Position numbers and translations under genes: made by a program. The notes beneath the pieces are model-generated. The model ran no database searches and was not told the DNA's origin. It saw only the letters and a list, made by a program, of their open reading frames with translations. 64,000 nt of DNA from an uncultured delta proteobacterium (GTDB lineage Bacteria; Desulfobacterota; Binatia; Binatales; Binataceae): assembly GCA_963794325.1 (NCBI GenBank), contig CAWCDG010000007.1, forward strand, positions 288,001 through 352,000, written 5' to 3'. Below, in pieces: positions 8,974 to 19,571 of this stretch (the stretch's first letter is position 1; each line of letters opens with the position of its first letter).

Positions 8974-11242
8974 ATGTCGTACAAGCATCCGTCGGGCGAA
9001 GAATTTGGCGGGGTTATCGGGCGCACGATTGCGGAATCGAAACCCTGGTGGCCCGCTCCGAAGCTTGCGCAAGGCGCGCCCAACGTCGTGATCGTGGTGC
9101 TGGACGACAGCGGTTTCTCTCATTTCGGCTGCTACGGATCGACTATCGAGACCCCCAACATCGACCGGCTGGCCAGCGCGGGCATCCGATTCACCGGCTT
9201 TCACACCACCGCGCTATGCTCGCCGTCGCGCGCATGCCTGCTGACCGGACGCAATCATCACGCGGTCGGGATGCGCGCCATCTCAAACATGGACACCGGC
9301 TTTCCCAACATGCGCGGCGCGATTCCCCGATCGGCCGCGACGCTGGCCGAAATTTTGCGCGACAATGGTCACGCGACCTTCGCGGCCGGAAAGTGGCATC
9401 TGGCGCCGATGGCGGAATGCACCGCGGCGGGACCATTGCACAACTGGCCGCTGCAGCGCGGATTCGATCGCTACTACGGCTTTCTGCAAGCTGAGACCGA
9501 TCAGTTCTATCCCGAGCTGACCTCCGACAATCACTTTGTCGATACCCCCGGAACGGTTGCCGAGGGCTATCACGTCTCCGAGGATATCGTCGATCGCTCG
9601 ATGGGTTTCATTCGCGACACCAAGTCGTTGGTCCCGGAGCGGCCCTTCTTTCTCTACCTCGCTTTCGGCGCGACCCATTCGCCGCATCAGTCGCCGCAAC
9701 GCTATCTCGAAAAGTATCGCGGACGCTTCGATGCGGGATGGGACGCGGTGCGCGAGGAATGGTTCGCCCGCCAAAAAGAATTCGGAATCGTCCCCAGGGA
9801 TACGCGGCTCGCGCCGCACAATCCCGGCGTCAGGCCATGGACACAACTATCGGACAAGGAACGACTCTTCGCGGCGCGTCTGCAAGAGGCGTTTGCCGCG
9901 ATGCTCGATCACACCGATGCGCAGATTGGCCGCCTCACTGCATTTCTGAAGGAGCTCAATCTGCTCGACGACACGCTGTTCATCGTGATGTCGGACAACG
10001 GCGCCAGCCAGGAGGGCGGCCCGCTCGGCGTGCTCGACGAGATGCTTTATTTCAACGGCATGCGCGAGGATCTCGACAACGCCATCGCGCGGCTCGACGA
10101 CATCGGCGGACCCAACAGCCATTCGAACATACCGTGGGGATGGGCGCAGGCGGGGAACACTCCGCTCAAGTGGTACAAGCAGAATACTCACGGCGGCGGG
10201 GTCAGGGACCCGCTGATAATTCACTGGCCCGCAAAGATCGGCACGACCGGACAGATCCGGCGTCAGTTCTGCCACGCGATCGATCTCGCGCCGACCGTGA
10301 TGGACTTGCTCAACATCGCGCCGCCAACCGAGGTCGCGGGCGTCCCGCAAATGCCGGTGCATGGCGTCAGTCTCGCGCCTGCGCTGACCGATCCGAACGC
10401 GGCAACTGCGAGGAACACGCAGTACTTCGAGATGCTCGGACATCGGGGAATATGGCATCGCGGATGGAAGGCGGTGACCCATCACGAGTCAGGCACGCCG
10501 TTCGACGACGACAAGTGGGAGCTTTACCATCTCGATCAGGATTTTTCGGAGTGCAACGACCTTGCGGCCGCGGAGCCCAAGCGCCTCAAGGAAATGGTCG
10601 AGCTGTGGTGGGCCGAGGCTGAACGCAACGGAGTGATGCCGCTCGACGATCGCGGTGCAGCGATGCTGTTCCGCGCCGCGATGCGTCCCGGGTTGCCGAC
10701 CTCGCGCCGGCGGTTCGTGTACTATCCACCGATTTCACACATCGTGGCCGACGCATGTCCGTCAACTGCGCGCGGATGGACCATGACGGTCGAACTCGAG
10801 CATCCGTCGGGCGACGGCGATGGCGCGCTCATAGCTCGCGGCAGCAGCAACAGCGGATTCGTGCTCTACGTGAAAAACGGCAGGGTGCATTTCGACTACA
10901 ACTGCTTTCATCAGCACACCCTAGTCTCATCTGAGAGCCGGCTGGGCGCGGGCCGCCACCAGATCGCGGTGAAGATCGAAAAGACCGACAAGGCCACCGC
11001 CGCGCTCGCCGCGATGCTGATAGACGGCGTCAAGGTTCGGTGAGGGCCAAATCGCGAATCTGCTGCGCATAATCTCCAGCACCGGCATGGACCTCGGCCG
11101 CAGCCTGTCCCCGGTGAACGCGGACTATCAGGCACCTTTCAAGTACTCGGGCCGCATCGTGGAAGTCGTCTTCGAATTGCCGACCGGACCGCAAGATCGC
11201 GAGATCGCGGCCCAAGTGCGCGCAGCAATGACGCGCCAGTAG
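8974..11242 (+). pseudogene. Arylsulfatase (Cys-type), frameshifted near 11036 (possibly a sequencing error)
   Basis: PNVVIVVLDD, LCSPSRACLLTG (CxPxR), GKWH, MSDNG; after GVKV the +1 frame continues GEGQIANLLRIISSTGMDLGRSLSPV...MTRQ to TAG 11242. Confidence 0.88.
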
Positions 11243-11317
11243 GTAGCGCTCGCCTATGCGGGCCGGCGGTCACTGTCGTAATGTAAGAGGCGAAGATCAC
11301 ATATTCGGAGGAACGAG

Positions 11318-12136
11318 ATGGACTTCGCCGAAATCATTTACGACAAGAAGGACCGCGTCGCCACCGTGACGATGAACCGGCCCGAGAAGATGAACGCGTG
11401 GACGCCGAAGATGGGTGCGGAGATGCGCACGGCGATGCTCGATGCCGAGCGCGACCCGTCGATCGGCGCGATAATCGTCACCGGCGCGGGACGCGCGTAC
11501 TGCGCGGGCGCGGACATGACCGCGTTGTCGAATATCGCGGCGGGACACGCGGGCGCGCGCAGTGCAGAGGCGCCGGATGAATGGCTGGCCGCGCAGCGCG
11601 CGGACTATCGCACGTCGTACTCGTGGCCGCTGGCGCTCAATACGCCGGTGATTGGCGCGATCAACGGCGCATGCGTGGGGCTGGGATTCACCACGTGTCT
11701 CTACCAGGACGTCAGGATCGCGTCGGAGAACGCGCGGATGGGATTGATCTTCACCCAGCGCGGTCTTGCGATCGAGCACGGCAGTAGTTGGATGCTGCCA
11801 AGAATCATCGGGCTGGCGCGCGCGACCGAGCTGGCGATTACGGGCCGGCTGGTCGATGCGAGCGAGGCGCTCGAGATGGGGCTGGTAAATCGCGTCGTGC
11901 CGCAGGACAAGCTGATGGCGACGGTGCGCGAAATCGCGTCAGGGATCGCGTCCAAGTGCTCGCCACTCGGAGTCGCGCAGGCGAAGAAGATGATCTACCA
12001 GCATCTGTTCACCGACCTCGCGACGGCAGTGCGCGACGACGACGCGTCGATGGAGATGATGACGCGATCGGAAGATTTCAAAGAGGGTGTGAAGGCATTC
12101 GTCGAGAAGCGCGCGCCGAAGTTCACGGGCAAGTAG
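11318..12136 (+). CDS. Enoyl-CoA hydratase/isomerase family protein
   Basis: NRPEKMNA, YCAGADM, GAINGACVG, EDFKEGVKAFVEKRAPKF. Confidence 0.93.
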   Translation: MDFAEIIYDKKDRVATVTMNRPEKMNAWTPKMGAEMRTAMLDAERDPSIGAIIVTGAGRAYCAGADMTALSNIAAGHAGARSAEAPDEWLAAQRADYRTSYSWPLALNTPVIGAINGACVGLGFTTCLYQDVRIASENARMGLIFTQRGLAIEHGSSWMLPRIIGLARATELAITGRLVDASEALEMGLVNRVVPQDKLMATVREIASGIASKCSPLGVAQAKKMIYQHLFTDLATAVRDDDASMEMMTRSEDFKEGVKAFVEKRAPKFTGK

Positions 12137-12142
12137 GGCGTT

Positions 12143-12390
12143 GCCCGTCCTAACCTCTCCTTGTCCGAGGAGAGGTCGGCGCGAGCCGAAGGCGAGCGAC
12201 GGGAGTGGTGCAACGCTGGCCGTCGCACAAAGCCTTGTTGTGCTGCTGTCGAGCGGCGAACTGGTGTCTCTGCATTTGAGATTAAACAAGTCCGCGTTGG
12301 TGGGATGTCTCGCGTTGCACCTCTCCCGGCGACACCGCTTCGCGGCTTTCGCCGACCTCCCCTCGGACAAGGGGAGGTTAGGATTTGGGC
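12143..12390. repeat. REPIN-like long inverted repeat (arms about 70 bp)
   Basis: tcctaacctctccttgtccgaggagaggtcggcg..ggtgcaacgc pairs with gcgttgcacc..cgccgacctcccctcggacaaggggaggttagga; lies between convergent genes. Confidence 0.85.
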
Positions 12391-12405
12391 GCCAGGACGC
12401 GACGG

Positions 12406-12894
12406 CTACTTGTCCAGCGGGTGCTTGAACTTGCGGTCGGGGTGACGGATTGTAAGCACCGGGCAGGGGGCTTTTTGAACGACGCGCTCGGCGACGCTGC
12501 CCATCAGGACGTGCGCCAATCCGGTGCGTCCGTGAGTGCCGAGCACGATCAGGTCGGCGTTCTCGTTTTGGGCTGTGTGCAGGATTTCAAGGAACGGCGA
12601 CCCTACCTTGAGCTGGACCTTGACCTTGAGGCCGGCGCCCCGCAGGTTACCCGCGATCTTGTCGAGTTCCTTCTGCGCGAGCATCCGCTGCTCTTCGGCA
12701 ATTCGGCCCATCGCGCCAACGTCCATCGCCGGTCCCAGCTCCGGCGTCATCATCACCGGCGCGAGCGGCTGATCGACATGCAGCAGCACGATATCGGCAG
12801 AGAACTTGAGGGCAAGCTCCTGCGCGAAGCTCAGCGCGAGGTTCGAATCTTCGGAGAAATCCGTGGCGGCGACAATTTTTGAAAAGGTTGGCAC
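12406..12894 (-). CDS. Universal stress protein
   Basis: KIVAATDFS, ADLIVLGTHGRTGLAHVLMGSVAERVVQKAPCPVLTI; GTG start at 12894. Confidence 0.93.
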   Translation of the reverse strand: MPTFSKIVAATDFSEDSNLALSFAQELALKFSADIVLLHVDQPLAPVMMTPELGPAMDVGAMGRIAEEQRMLAQKELDKIAGNLRGAGLKVKVQLKVGSPFLEILHTAQNENADLIVLGTHGRTGLAHVLMGSVAERVVQKAPCPVLTIRHPDRKFKHPLDK

Positions 12895-13014
12895 ACAGGA
12901 ACCATAACGCCGCGACGGCGATGGTGGCAAGCGACATTTGCAGCGCGCGCGCACTCGACCGACCCGGTGGCGCTGCATTACAATTGACGCAATATCGTGG
13001 GAAACTGAGATTCT

Positions 13015-13392
13015 ATGCCTACCAGCCGCGGATTCGGGATTGCAGACTTCGAGCGCGCCTTCGACGAGTTCTTCGATGAACTGCTGATCGACCGATGGAA
13101 GTGCGGAACGCCCGCCGTCGAGTTCGAACGCGCGCAGGTTATCGATCATCGAGATCGTTACGAAGTGCGAGTCGCCGCGGTCGGCGTCGATCCGGCGAAA
13201 ATTCAGGCCGAAGTCTCGGGGCAGCGGCTGGCGCTTCATATGCCGGACCAACTTGGCGGCACGCTTGAGAGTTCGTTTGCTTTCTCCGATTCGATCGACG
13301 GCGAAGCCTCGACCGCAAAGTGGTCTGAAGGAACACTGGTCATCACGGTGCCGAAAAAGAAGGGCCGGCGAATCGCGCTGAAGGCGTCATAA
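13015..13392 (+). CDS. Hsp20/alpha-crystallin family protein
   Basis: FDEFFDE N-terminus, GVDPAKIQAEVSG, AKWSEGTLVITVPKK. Confidence 0.8.
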   Translation: MPTSRGFGIADFERAFDEFFDELLIDRWKCGTPAVEFERAQVIDHRDRYEVRVAAVGVDPAKIQAEVSGQRLALHMPDQLGGTLESSFAFSDSIDGEASTAKWSEGTLVITVPKKKGRRIALKAS

Positions 13393-13419
13393 TCACGCGC
13401 CAGAAAAGCCGCTAGCAAT

Positions 13420-15945
13420 ATGACCGACAAGAGCGACCTCATCGCTACCGACGCCAGCGCCGCGCTGATTCACGTACCGCCGGCGCCGGAGCTTGCCGCG
13501 TCTGAACTCAAGCGGCGCATGCCGCTCGATGCGGCGGCGCTGGAGCGCGCGGCGGCGAGCGATGGCGATGCCGACCTGTTCGGGCAGAGTCGCGCGCTCG
13601 ACGCGATACGGCTCGCGATCGGAATCGACGCGCCGGGGTACAACGTTTTCGTTAGCGGCCTGCGCTCGCGGCCCGAGCGCGAATCGGTCTTGCGCATTCT
13701 GAGCGAAAAGGCCGCGACGATGCCGACTCCCGGCGATTGGGTGTACGTAAACAATTTTCGCAATTCCGAATCTCCGGTTGCGATCTACCTGCGGCCGGGG
13801 CAGGGCGTCGAGCTGCGCGCGAAGATGACGGAGCTGGTCGCGTTTGTGCTCGAGCAGTTGCCGAAAGCATTTCGGCGCGAGGATTTCGATCAGGAGCGCG
13901 CGGCGCTGCGCGACAAATACAACAAGCGCGCGCAGGAACTGTTCGGCAATCTCGAGACGCGGGCGCGCGAGCGTGGCTTCGCGGTCCAGAGTGCGCCCAC
14001 CGGCCAGGTGATTTTCATCCCGCTGATCGACGGCAAGATGCCCGAGTCGCCCGAGACGCTGAACAAGGCGATGGCGGCGAAAACCGACGCCGAGCGCGAG
14101 CAACTGGCGAAGGCGCAAGGCGAGCTGCAGGACGAGCTGGCGACATTGACGCTCCGCCAGCAGGAGATGATGCGCGAGCTGATCGACGACATTCGTGCAA
14201 TCGAGCGCGCGTTCGCGGCGCGGATGATAACGCCGTCCGTGGAAGACTTAAAGCATCACTTTAATAATCCCGCCGTCGACAAATACCTCGACGAGGTTGC
14301 GCAGCACATGCTCGGCAATCTCGATCGCTTCCGCGAGCAACCGCCTGAGCAGGCGCAGGGGCAGGGGCCGAGACTTCCTGGAGTCGAAGAAGCGCGATGG
14401 TTCGACTACCAGGTCAACGTGATGGTCGACAACTCGGCCACGCGGGGCGCGCCGGTCGTGCTCGAGGACGCGCCGACCTATCGCAATCTGTTCGGAACGA
14501 TCGAGCGCTGGATCGATCCGCTGGGGCGGTCGGGCACCAACTTCACGCGCATCATCGGCGGATCGTTTCTGAAATCGCACGGCGGGTTCCTGGTGTTCGA
14601 TCTCGAGGACGCGGTGGTCGAGCCCGGCGTGTGGAAGACGCTCAAGCGCAGCCTCAAGTCGGGGCGCATGACGCTCGAGACTTTCGAGCCGTTGCCGTTC
14701 TTCTCGATGAGCGGGCTGAAGCCCGAGCCGATCGAGATCCACAACAAGGTGGTGACGCTGGGCGGCGCGTATCTTTACAACATGCTTTATTTTTACGATC
14801 CGGATTTTTCGGAGCTGTTCAAAATCAAAGCCGAGATGCGGCCGTCGGTGGCGGCTGACGGTGCGGCCGCGGCGCACTATGCGGCGCGCGTCGGAGCGCT
14901 GGCGCGCAGAGAGAACCTGCCGCCATTCGATGCGGGCGCGCTGGCGAAGATCGTCGAGTTCGGGATGCGGATGGCGGGCGATCGGTCGCGAGTGATCGCG
15001 ATGCTCGAGCCGATAGACGATCTCGCGCGCGAGTCGGCGTACTTCGCACGCGGCGAAGGGGCTCAGCGCGTGACTACGGCGCACGTCGAGCGGGCGCTCA
15101 CCGAGCGGATGCTGCGCGCCAATTTTATCGAAGAAGAAATCCGCAGGCTGATCGCGGAAGGCACGCTCATCGTAAATATTCGCGGCGCGAGTGTCGGACA
15201 GATCAATGGTCTGGCCGTGCTGGACGTCGGCGGATACAGCTTCGGGCGGCCGTCGCGGGTGACGGCGACCGTCGCGCTCGGGCAGGCGGGCGTGATCAAC
15301 ATCGAGCGCGAGGCGCGGATGTCGGGATCGACGCACGACAAGGGAATCATGATCCTGAGCGGATTTTTGCGCGCGCGATTCGGACAGCAGCATCCAATCG
15401 CGATGTCTGCTGGCATCTGCTTCGAGCAATCGTACTCGGGAATCGACGGCGACAGCGCGAGCTCGACCGAATTGTACGCGCTGCTATCGGCGCTGTCGGG
15501 CGTACCGATCCGGCAGGATCTCGCGGTGACGGGATCGGTCGATCAATACGGCACGGTGCAGGCGATTGGCGGGGTCAATCAGAAGGTCGAGGGATTTTAC
15601 CGCGTGTGCAAGGCGATTGGCCTCACGGGCACGCAGGGCGTGATGGTCCCGCGCACGAATGTTGCGAACCTGATGCTCGATCCGGAGACCACGGGCGCAA
15701 TCGAGCGCGGCGAATTTCACATTTTTCCGATCGATACGATCGATCGCGGCATCGAGACTCTGACCGGCGTACGTGCGGGAACCATCGACCAGCCCGGCAC
15801 GATCAACTATCTAGTCGATCAGCGGCTCAAAAACATGGCGAACATTCTGCGCGATCGGCCGATGGGTGAAACTCGCGTGGTGCAGGAGCCGGCGCCGAAT
15901 ACTCCCGCACCCAAACCACCTGCACCGCCGGAGCCGCCGCGCTGA
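13420..15945 (+). CDS. Lon-like (LonC/YcbZ-type) AAA+ S16 protease
   Basis: GQSRAL, DWVYVNNF, GQINGLAV, FEQSYSGIDGDSASS (catalytic Ser), GGVNQKVEGF (catalytic Lys). Confidence 0.92.
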   Translation: MTDKSDLIATDASAALIHVPPAPELAASELKRRMPLDAAALERAAASDGDADLFGQSRALDAIRLAIGIDAPGYNVFVSGLRSRPERESVLRILSEKAATMPTPGDWVYVNNFRNSESPVAIYLRPGQGVELRAKMTELVAFVLEQLPKAFRREDFDQERAALRDKYNKRAQELFGNLETRARERGFAVQSAPTGQVIFIPLIDGKMPESPETLNKAMAAKTDAEREQLAKAQGELQDELATLTLRQQEMMRELIDDIRAIERAFAARMITPSVEDLKHHFNNPAVDKYLDEVAQHMLGNLDRFREQPPEQAQGQGPRLPGVEEARWFDYQVNVMVDNSATRGAPVVLEDAPTYRNLFGTIERWIDPLGRSGTNFTRIIGGSFLKSHGGFLVFDLEDAVVEPGVWKTLKRSLKSGRMTLETFEPLPFFSMSGLKPEPIEIHNKVVTLGGAYLYNMLYFYDPDFSELFKIKAEMRPSVAADGAAAAHYAARVGALARRENLPPFDAGALAKIVEFGMRMAGDRSRVIAMLEPIDDLARESAYFARGEGAQRVTTAHVERALTERMLRANFIEEEIRRLIAEGTLIVNIRGASVGQINGLAVLDVGGYSFGRPSRVTATVALGQAGVINIEREARMSGSTHDKGIMILSGFLRARFGQQHPIAMSAGICFEQSYSGIDGDSASSTELYALLSALSGVPIRQDLAVTGSVDQYGTVQAIGGVNQKVEGFYRVCKAIGLTGTQGVMVPRTNVANLMLDPETTGAIERGEFHIFPIDTIDRGIETLTGVRAGTIDQPGTINYLVDQRLKNMANILRDRPMGETRVVQEPAPNTPAPKPPAPPEPPR

Positions 15946-15988
15946 ACGTGCGGCCGACTTCTTCGCGGACGAGAACGAGAAACACCGG

Positions 15989-17392
15989 ATGCCGATAGAT
16001 CTCCGACTCGACCCGACGGAAATCGCGCTGTTGACCGATCTCTACGAGTTGACGGTCGCGGCGGCGTTCTTCGAGCACGGCTTCAATGACACTGCGGCGT
16101 TCGAAGTCGCGATGCGCCGGATGCCGCCCGGGCGCGGCTTCATGATCGCGGCTGGAGTCGAACGGCTGATCGAGGCGCTCGAGGAATATCGGTTCGACGC
16201 GGGCGCGATCGAGCATCTCGAATCGCTGCACCTGTTCAAGCCGGCGTTTCTCGAATTTCTCTCGCAGCTCCACTTCACTGGTTCGATCCGCGCGCTTCCC
16301 GAAGGCACGATCTATTTCGCCGGTGAACCGATCGCTGAGATTCGCGCGCCGCTGATTGAGGCTCAACTGATCGAGACGCTGGTGCTCAACCAGCTTGGAT
16401 TTGCGTCGGTTGTCGCGACCAAAGCGGCGCGATGCTTCGCGGTCGCCGGCGGCAGGCGGCTGGTCGATTTCGGTCCGCGGCGCGCGCAGGGCGCGGACGC
16501 GTCACTGATCGCGGCGCGATCGAGCTACATGGCGGGCTTTCACGGCACCGCCAACGTGCTCGCCGGCAAACGCTACGGGATTCCCGTTTTCGGGACGATG
16601 AGCCACAGCTTCGTGATGGCGCACGAGAGCGAGCGCGACGCGTTTAGCGATTTCGTTGCGAGCTTCCCGACTCTCAGCACGCTGCTCGTCGACACTTACG
16701 ACACGCTGCGCGGCGTCGAGAACGCGGCGGCAGTCGGCACTCGAGTTCGCGAGGCGGCCGTGAAAATCCAAGGTGTGCGGCTGGACAGCGGCGACCTGCA
16801 CGACCTCAGCCGCCGGTCGCGCCGGATTCTCGATCAGGCCGGCTTCGGCGATATCGCGATCGTCGCGAGCGGCAACCTCGACGAATATCGAATTGCGGAC
16901 CTGGTCGATTCCGGCGCGCCGATCGACGCGTTCGGCGTCGGTACCGCGCTCGCCGTCAGCGACGACGCGCCGTCGGCCGATTTCGTTTACAAACTCGTCG
17001 AATACAAGGATCGTGGCCGGCTCAAAACCTCGGCCGGAAAAATCTCGACGCCGGGACGCAAGCAATTGTTCCGCGCGTATGCTCCGAGCGGATCATTTTT
17101 TGCCGACCTGATCGGAATTGTGGACGAGGGTGCCACTACGGTCGCGCGCGAATTCAAACCGCTCCCGTCGAAGACGGTTGAGTTGATGGAGCCGGTGTTC
17201 GAGAACGGCCGCCGCATCATGCCGCGTCCGACGCTGGCGGAGGCACGCGAACGCGTTATGAACGGATTGCGGACGCTCGACGCCCGCTACAAGACGCTGC
17301 GCAAGCCCGCGGAGTTTCCGGTACGGCAGACTGCGGCGCTGAACGCTCTGGCGATCAGCGAAAAACTTCGCGCGCAAAAGCGTCAGGACTGA
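15989..17392 (+). CDS. pncB: Nicotinate phosphoribosyltransferase
   Basis: LLTDLYELT, DFGPRRAQG, GTMSHSFV, LVDTYD, GVRLDSGDL, FGVGT, VYKLVE. Confidence 0.95.
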   Translation: MPIDLRLDPTEIALLTDLYELTVAAAFFEHGFNDTAAFEVAMRRMPPGRGFMIAAGVERLIEALEEYRFDAGAIEHLESLHLFKPAFLEFLSQLHFTGSIRALPEGTIYFAGEPIAEIRAPLIEAQLIETLVLNQLGFASVVATKAARCFAVAGGRRLVDFGPRRAQGADASLIAARSSYMAGFHGTANVLAGKRYGIPVFGTMSHSFVMAHESERDAFSDFVASFPTLSTLLVDTYDTLRGVENAAAVGTRVREAAVKIQGVRLDSGDLHDLSRRSRRILDQAGFGDIAIVASGNLDEYRIADLVDSGAPIDAFGVGTALAVSDDAPSADFVYKLVEYKDRGRLKTSAGKISTPGRKQLFRAYAPSGSFFADLIGIVDEGATTVAREFKPLPSKTVELMEPVFENGRRIMPRPTLAEARERVMNGLRTLDARYKTLRKPAEFPVRQTAALNALAISEKLRAQKRQD

Positions 17393-17396
17393 CTAG

Positions 17397-19547
17397 CTAC
17401 AAGCCCGCGGTAACTCCCGCAACAAACGGCGTCGTCCGCTCGGGCGGCGGCGAATCGCGCAAGCTCCGTGCGGCCGCGGTTAGATGAGCGACGTCGAAGG
17501 TAATAAGCAATGGCTTGACGGCATCGAGGCTTGGATGCGAATCGGGCGTCCATCGCGTCGGCGCCGGATAGTCGAGCTCCGACGCAATCGCCCGATAACG
17601 CTCGATCAGCGGCCGTACTCCTTCGTAAGAGCCGACGACGATGATACCGACCTGATTGGCGCGTGCCGGAGCGATTTGCCAGTCCTTGTATGCGTCGGGC
17701 GCAGCATCGACCAGCCAGTCGTGCGGAAGAAGATCGAGGCGTTTGAGTTCTAGTGGAGAGAGCTTCGACAGGTCGTGTCCGCCGGCGAGATATTTTCCAG
17801 CAGCCTCGAGGATCGCATCGAATCGCAAAGCGTCGGCGCGCGCTTCGACCTGAGCGGGGGGAAGTTTGGCATAAGCGGTGAACGAATCTAGTGGGATTTT
17901 GTAAAGCCACACGCCTTTTTCGTTCTGTCCCGCGACTCCGAGCGAATCGAGGGTCTGCTTGAAGGTCTGAAAATTAGCTTCGTTCGGATCCGCGATCACA
18001 GCCTGCGCGCCGAAGCGCGCCAGGTAGGCCTTCAACTGCTCGCCAGCCTCCGGCAGATCGATCCCGCCGTAAAAATAGTTGGCCACCGGCATCCTGGTGA
18101 ATTCGAACGGCGCGAATTCTCCCGTGTATCCTCCGGCCATCCTGAAGTACATCTCGCTCTGCAACTGCCAATACATGCTGTTGCCCTTCTGCCCCCATGG
18201 CAGCGGCAAAATGATTTCGCGCAGCTGGAGTTCCGTTGCGTATGTTCGATCTGTGAAGAATGCGGGGATGTCGAGGGGGCTTATCCAGAACGACGCGTGA
18301 AGATTGGGTGCAAGCGACACCAGGATGATTGCGGCGGCGGACCACTTTGCCGGAGGGCGAAGCGATGAACTCGAGAACCACATCGCGATCATCACGGTCA
18401 CGACCAGGAACGCATACATCATCAAGCGCACTGGTAGGACGATCGAGACGATCGGAAGCCGGCCAACAACCGCCCACGGCATCCAGAATCCCTGCCGGCC
18501 CGCGACATGCAGCGAAGGACCCATTGCCGAGATCGCGAGGACAGCTAAAAGGATCGTCAGGAATTTTCCCACCGGTTGGCGCCAGTAACGCCGGCGAAAA
18601 ATCTCGATGAAAAAGATTGTTGCAACACCCAGGTAAGCGCCGTTCTCGGAAATCCCTGCCTTGAAATTTTGCGAGATCGTGACAGCTGCGCGAGCGGTGC
18701 CTAGCATGATCGTCTGAGTAGGAATTAGAAATGCCAGCAGGTCGGCTGAATAGTTGCCGGCCTGCCAAACTGTATCGTGGGGAAATCCTTGGAAAAGCAG
18801 GAAATACAGATAGGGCGATAGGACTGCGCCTGCTATCAGGTAGGCGGCTGCCGCGGGCGCGATCAGTCCTAGCAAACGACTGCGGAGGTCAACGTCGAAG
18901 ATTGCGAGCGCGAGCAGGAGTGCCATGCCGCCGACGATCGTGAGTGTTGCGACAAGTTCCGGGAAACAAAGGAACTGAATTACCAGCAGCGCTGCGAGCA
19001 CAACTGCGAATCGTCGCGCCGAAATCTCGCCGTCGACTCTCTTCAGTGCGATCAGCGCAATCAGCGGAACCGGAAAGACTGCGATCAAAACCAGGTGTTC
19101 GAGTGCCTGGCCGAGCATGTAGGGAGAAAAACCGAAAATATAGCCGCCCAACACTGACGGCCAAAATGAACCAGTCACGCGTCGACATAGTAGAAATGCG
19201 CTGAACGCCGCGAGCGGAAGTGCCAATATTACAATCAGGTTGTAGGTCGCTGGTTCTCCCACTATGAGTTGCAGGGGGATCGATATCCAACTGAGTAATG
19301 GAACGATGGCTGTCCAGGCGAGGTTGACTCCGAGTGGCGCCCAGGCGAAATCGGTAAAGAATGGATTCAGTCTGTGCGACAGCGAATACAGCCACCAGTT
19401 GAAGAACCACATCGTTTGCGGCGGATCGGTATCGCGCCCGATATAGAAGTTACCCGGATGGCCCGGCAGCGCGCGCGCGAAACATAACAGTGAGATTGCG
19501 ATGAAGAGGCCAAAAGCCGCAAGATTGCCGAAACGACCGCGCATCAA
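17397..19547 (-). CDS. Polytopic membrane protein, GT-C glycosyltransferase-like
   Basis: N-terminal TM followed by DTD loop, NPFFTD..APLGVNLAW, GGYIFGFSPY, YSADLLAF, YLG; large soluble C-terminus. Confidence 0.7.
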   Translation of the reverse strand: MMRGRFGNLAAFGLFIAISLLCFARALPGHPGNFYIGRDTDPPQTMWFFNWWLYSLSHRLNPFFTDFAWAPLGVNLAWTAIVPLLSWISIPLQLIVGEPATYNLIVILALPLAAFSAFLLCRRVTGSFWPSVLGGYIFGFSPYMLGQALEHLVLIAVFPVPLIALIALKRVDGEISARRFAVVLAALLVIQFLCFPELVATLTIVGGMALLLALAIFDVDLRSRLLGLIAPAAAAYLIAGAVLSPYLYFLLFQGFPHDTVWQAGNYSADLLAFLIPTQTIMLGTARAAVTISQNFKAGISENGAYLGVATIFFIEIFRRRYWRQPVGKFLTILLAVLAISAMGPSLHVAGRQGFWMPWAVVGRLPIVSIVLPVRLMMYAFLVVTVMIAMWFSSSSLRPPAKWSAAAIILVSLAPNLHASFWISPLDIPAFFTDRTYATELQLREIILPLPWGQKGNSMYWQLQSEMYFRMAGGYTGEFAPFEFTRMPVANYFYGGIDLPEAGEQLKAYLARFGAQAVIADPNEANFQTFKQTLDSLGVAGQNEKGVWLYKIPLDSFTAYAKLPPAQVEARADALRFDAILEAAGKYLAGGHDLSKLSPLELKRLDLLPHDWLVDAAPDAYKDWQIAPARANQVGIIVVGSYEGVRPLIERYRAIASELDYPAPTRWTPDSHPSLDAVKPLLITFDVAHLTAAARSLRDSPPPERTTPFVAGVTAGL

Positions 19548-19571
19548 GGTAAGTATCGCGTCTTGCTCGGG

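Noticed and set aside
12984-12998. FNR/CRP-type box between the USP and hsp20 genes
   Set aside because: Only the TTGAC half-site matches; more simply a -35 element
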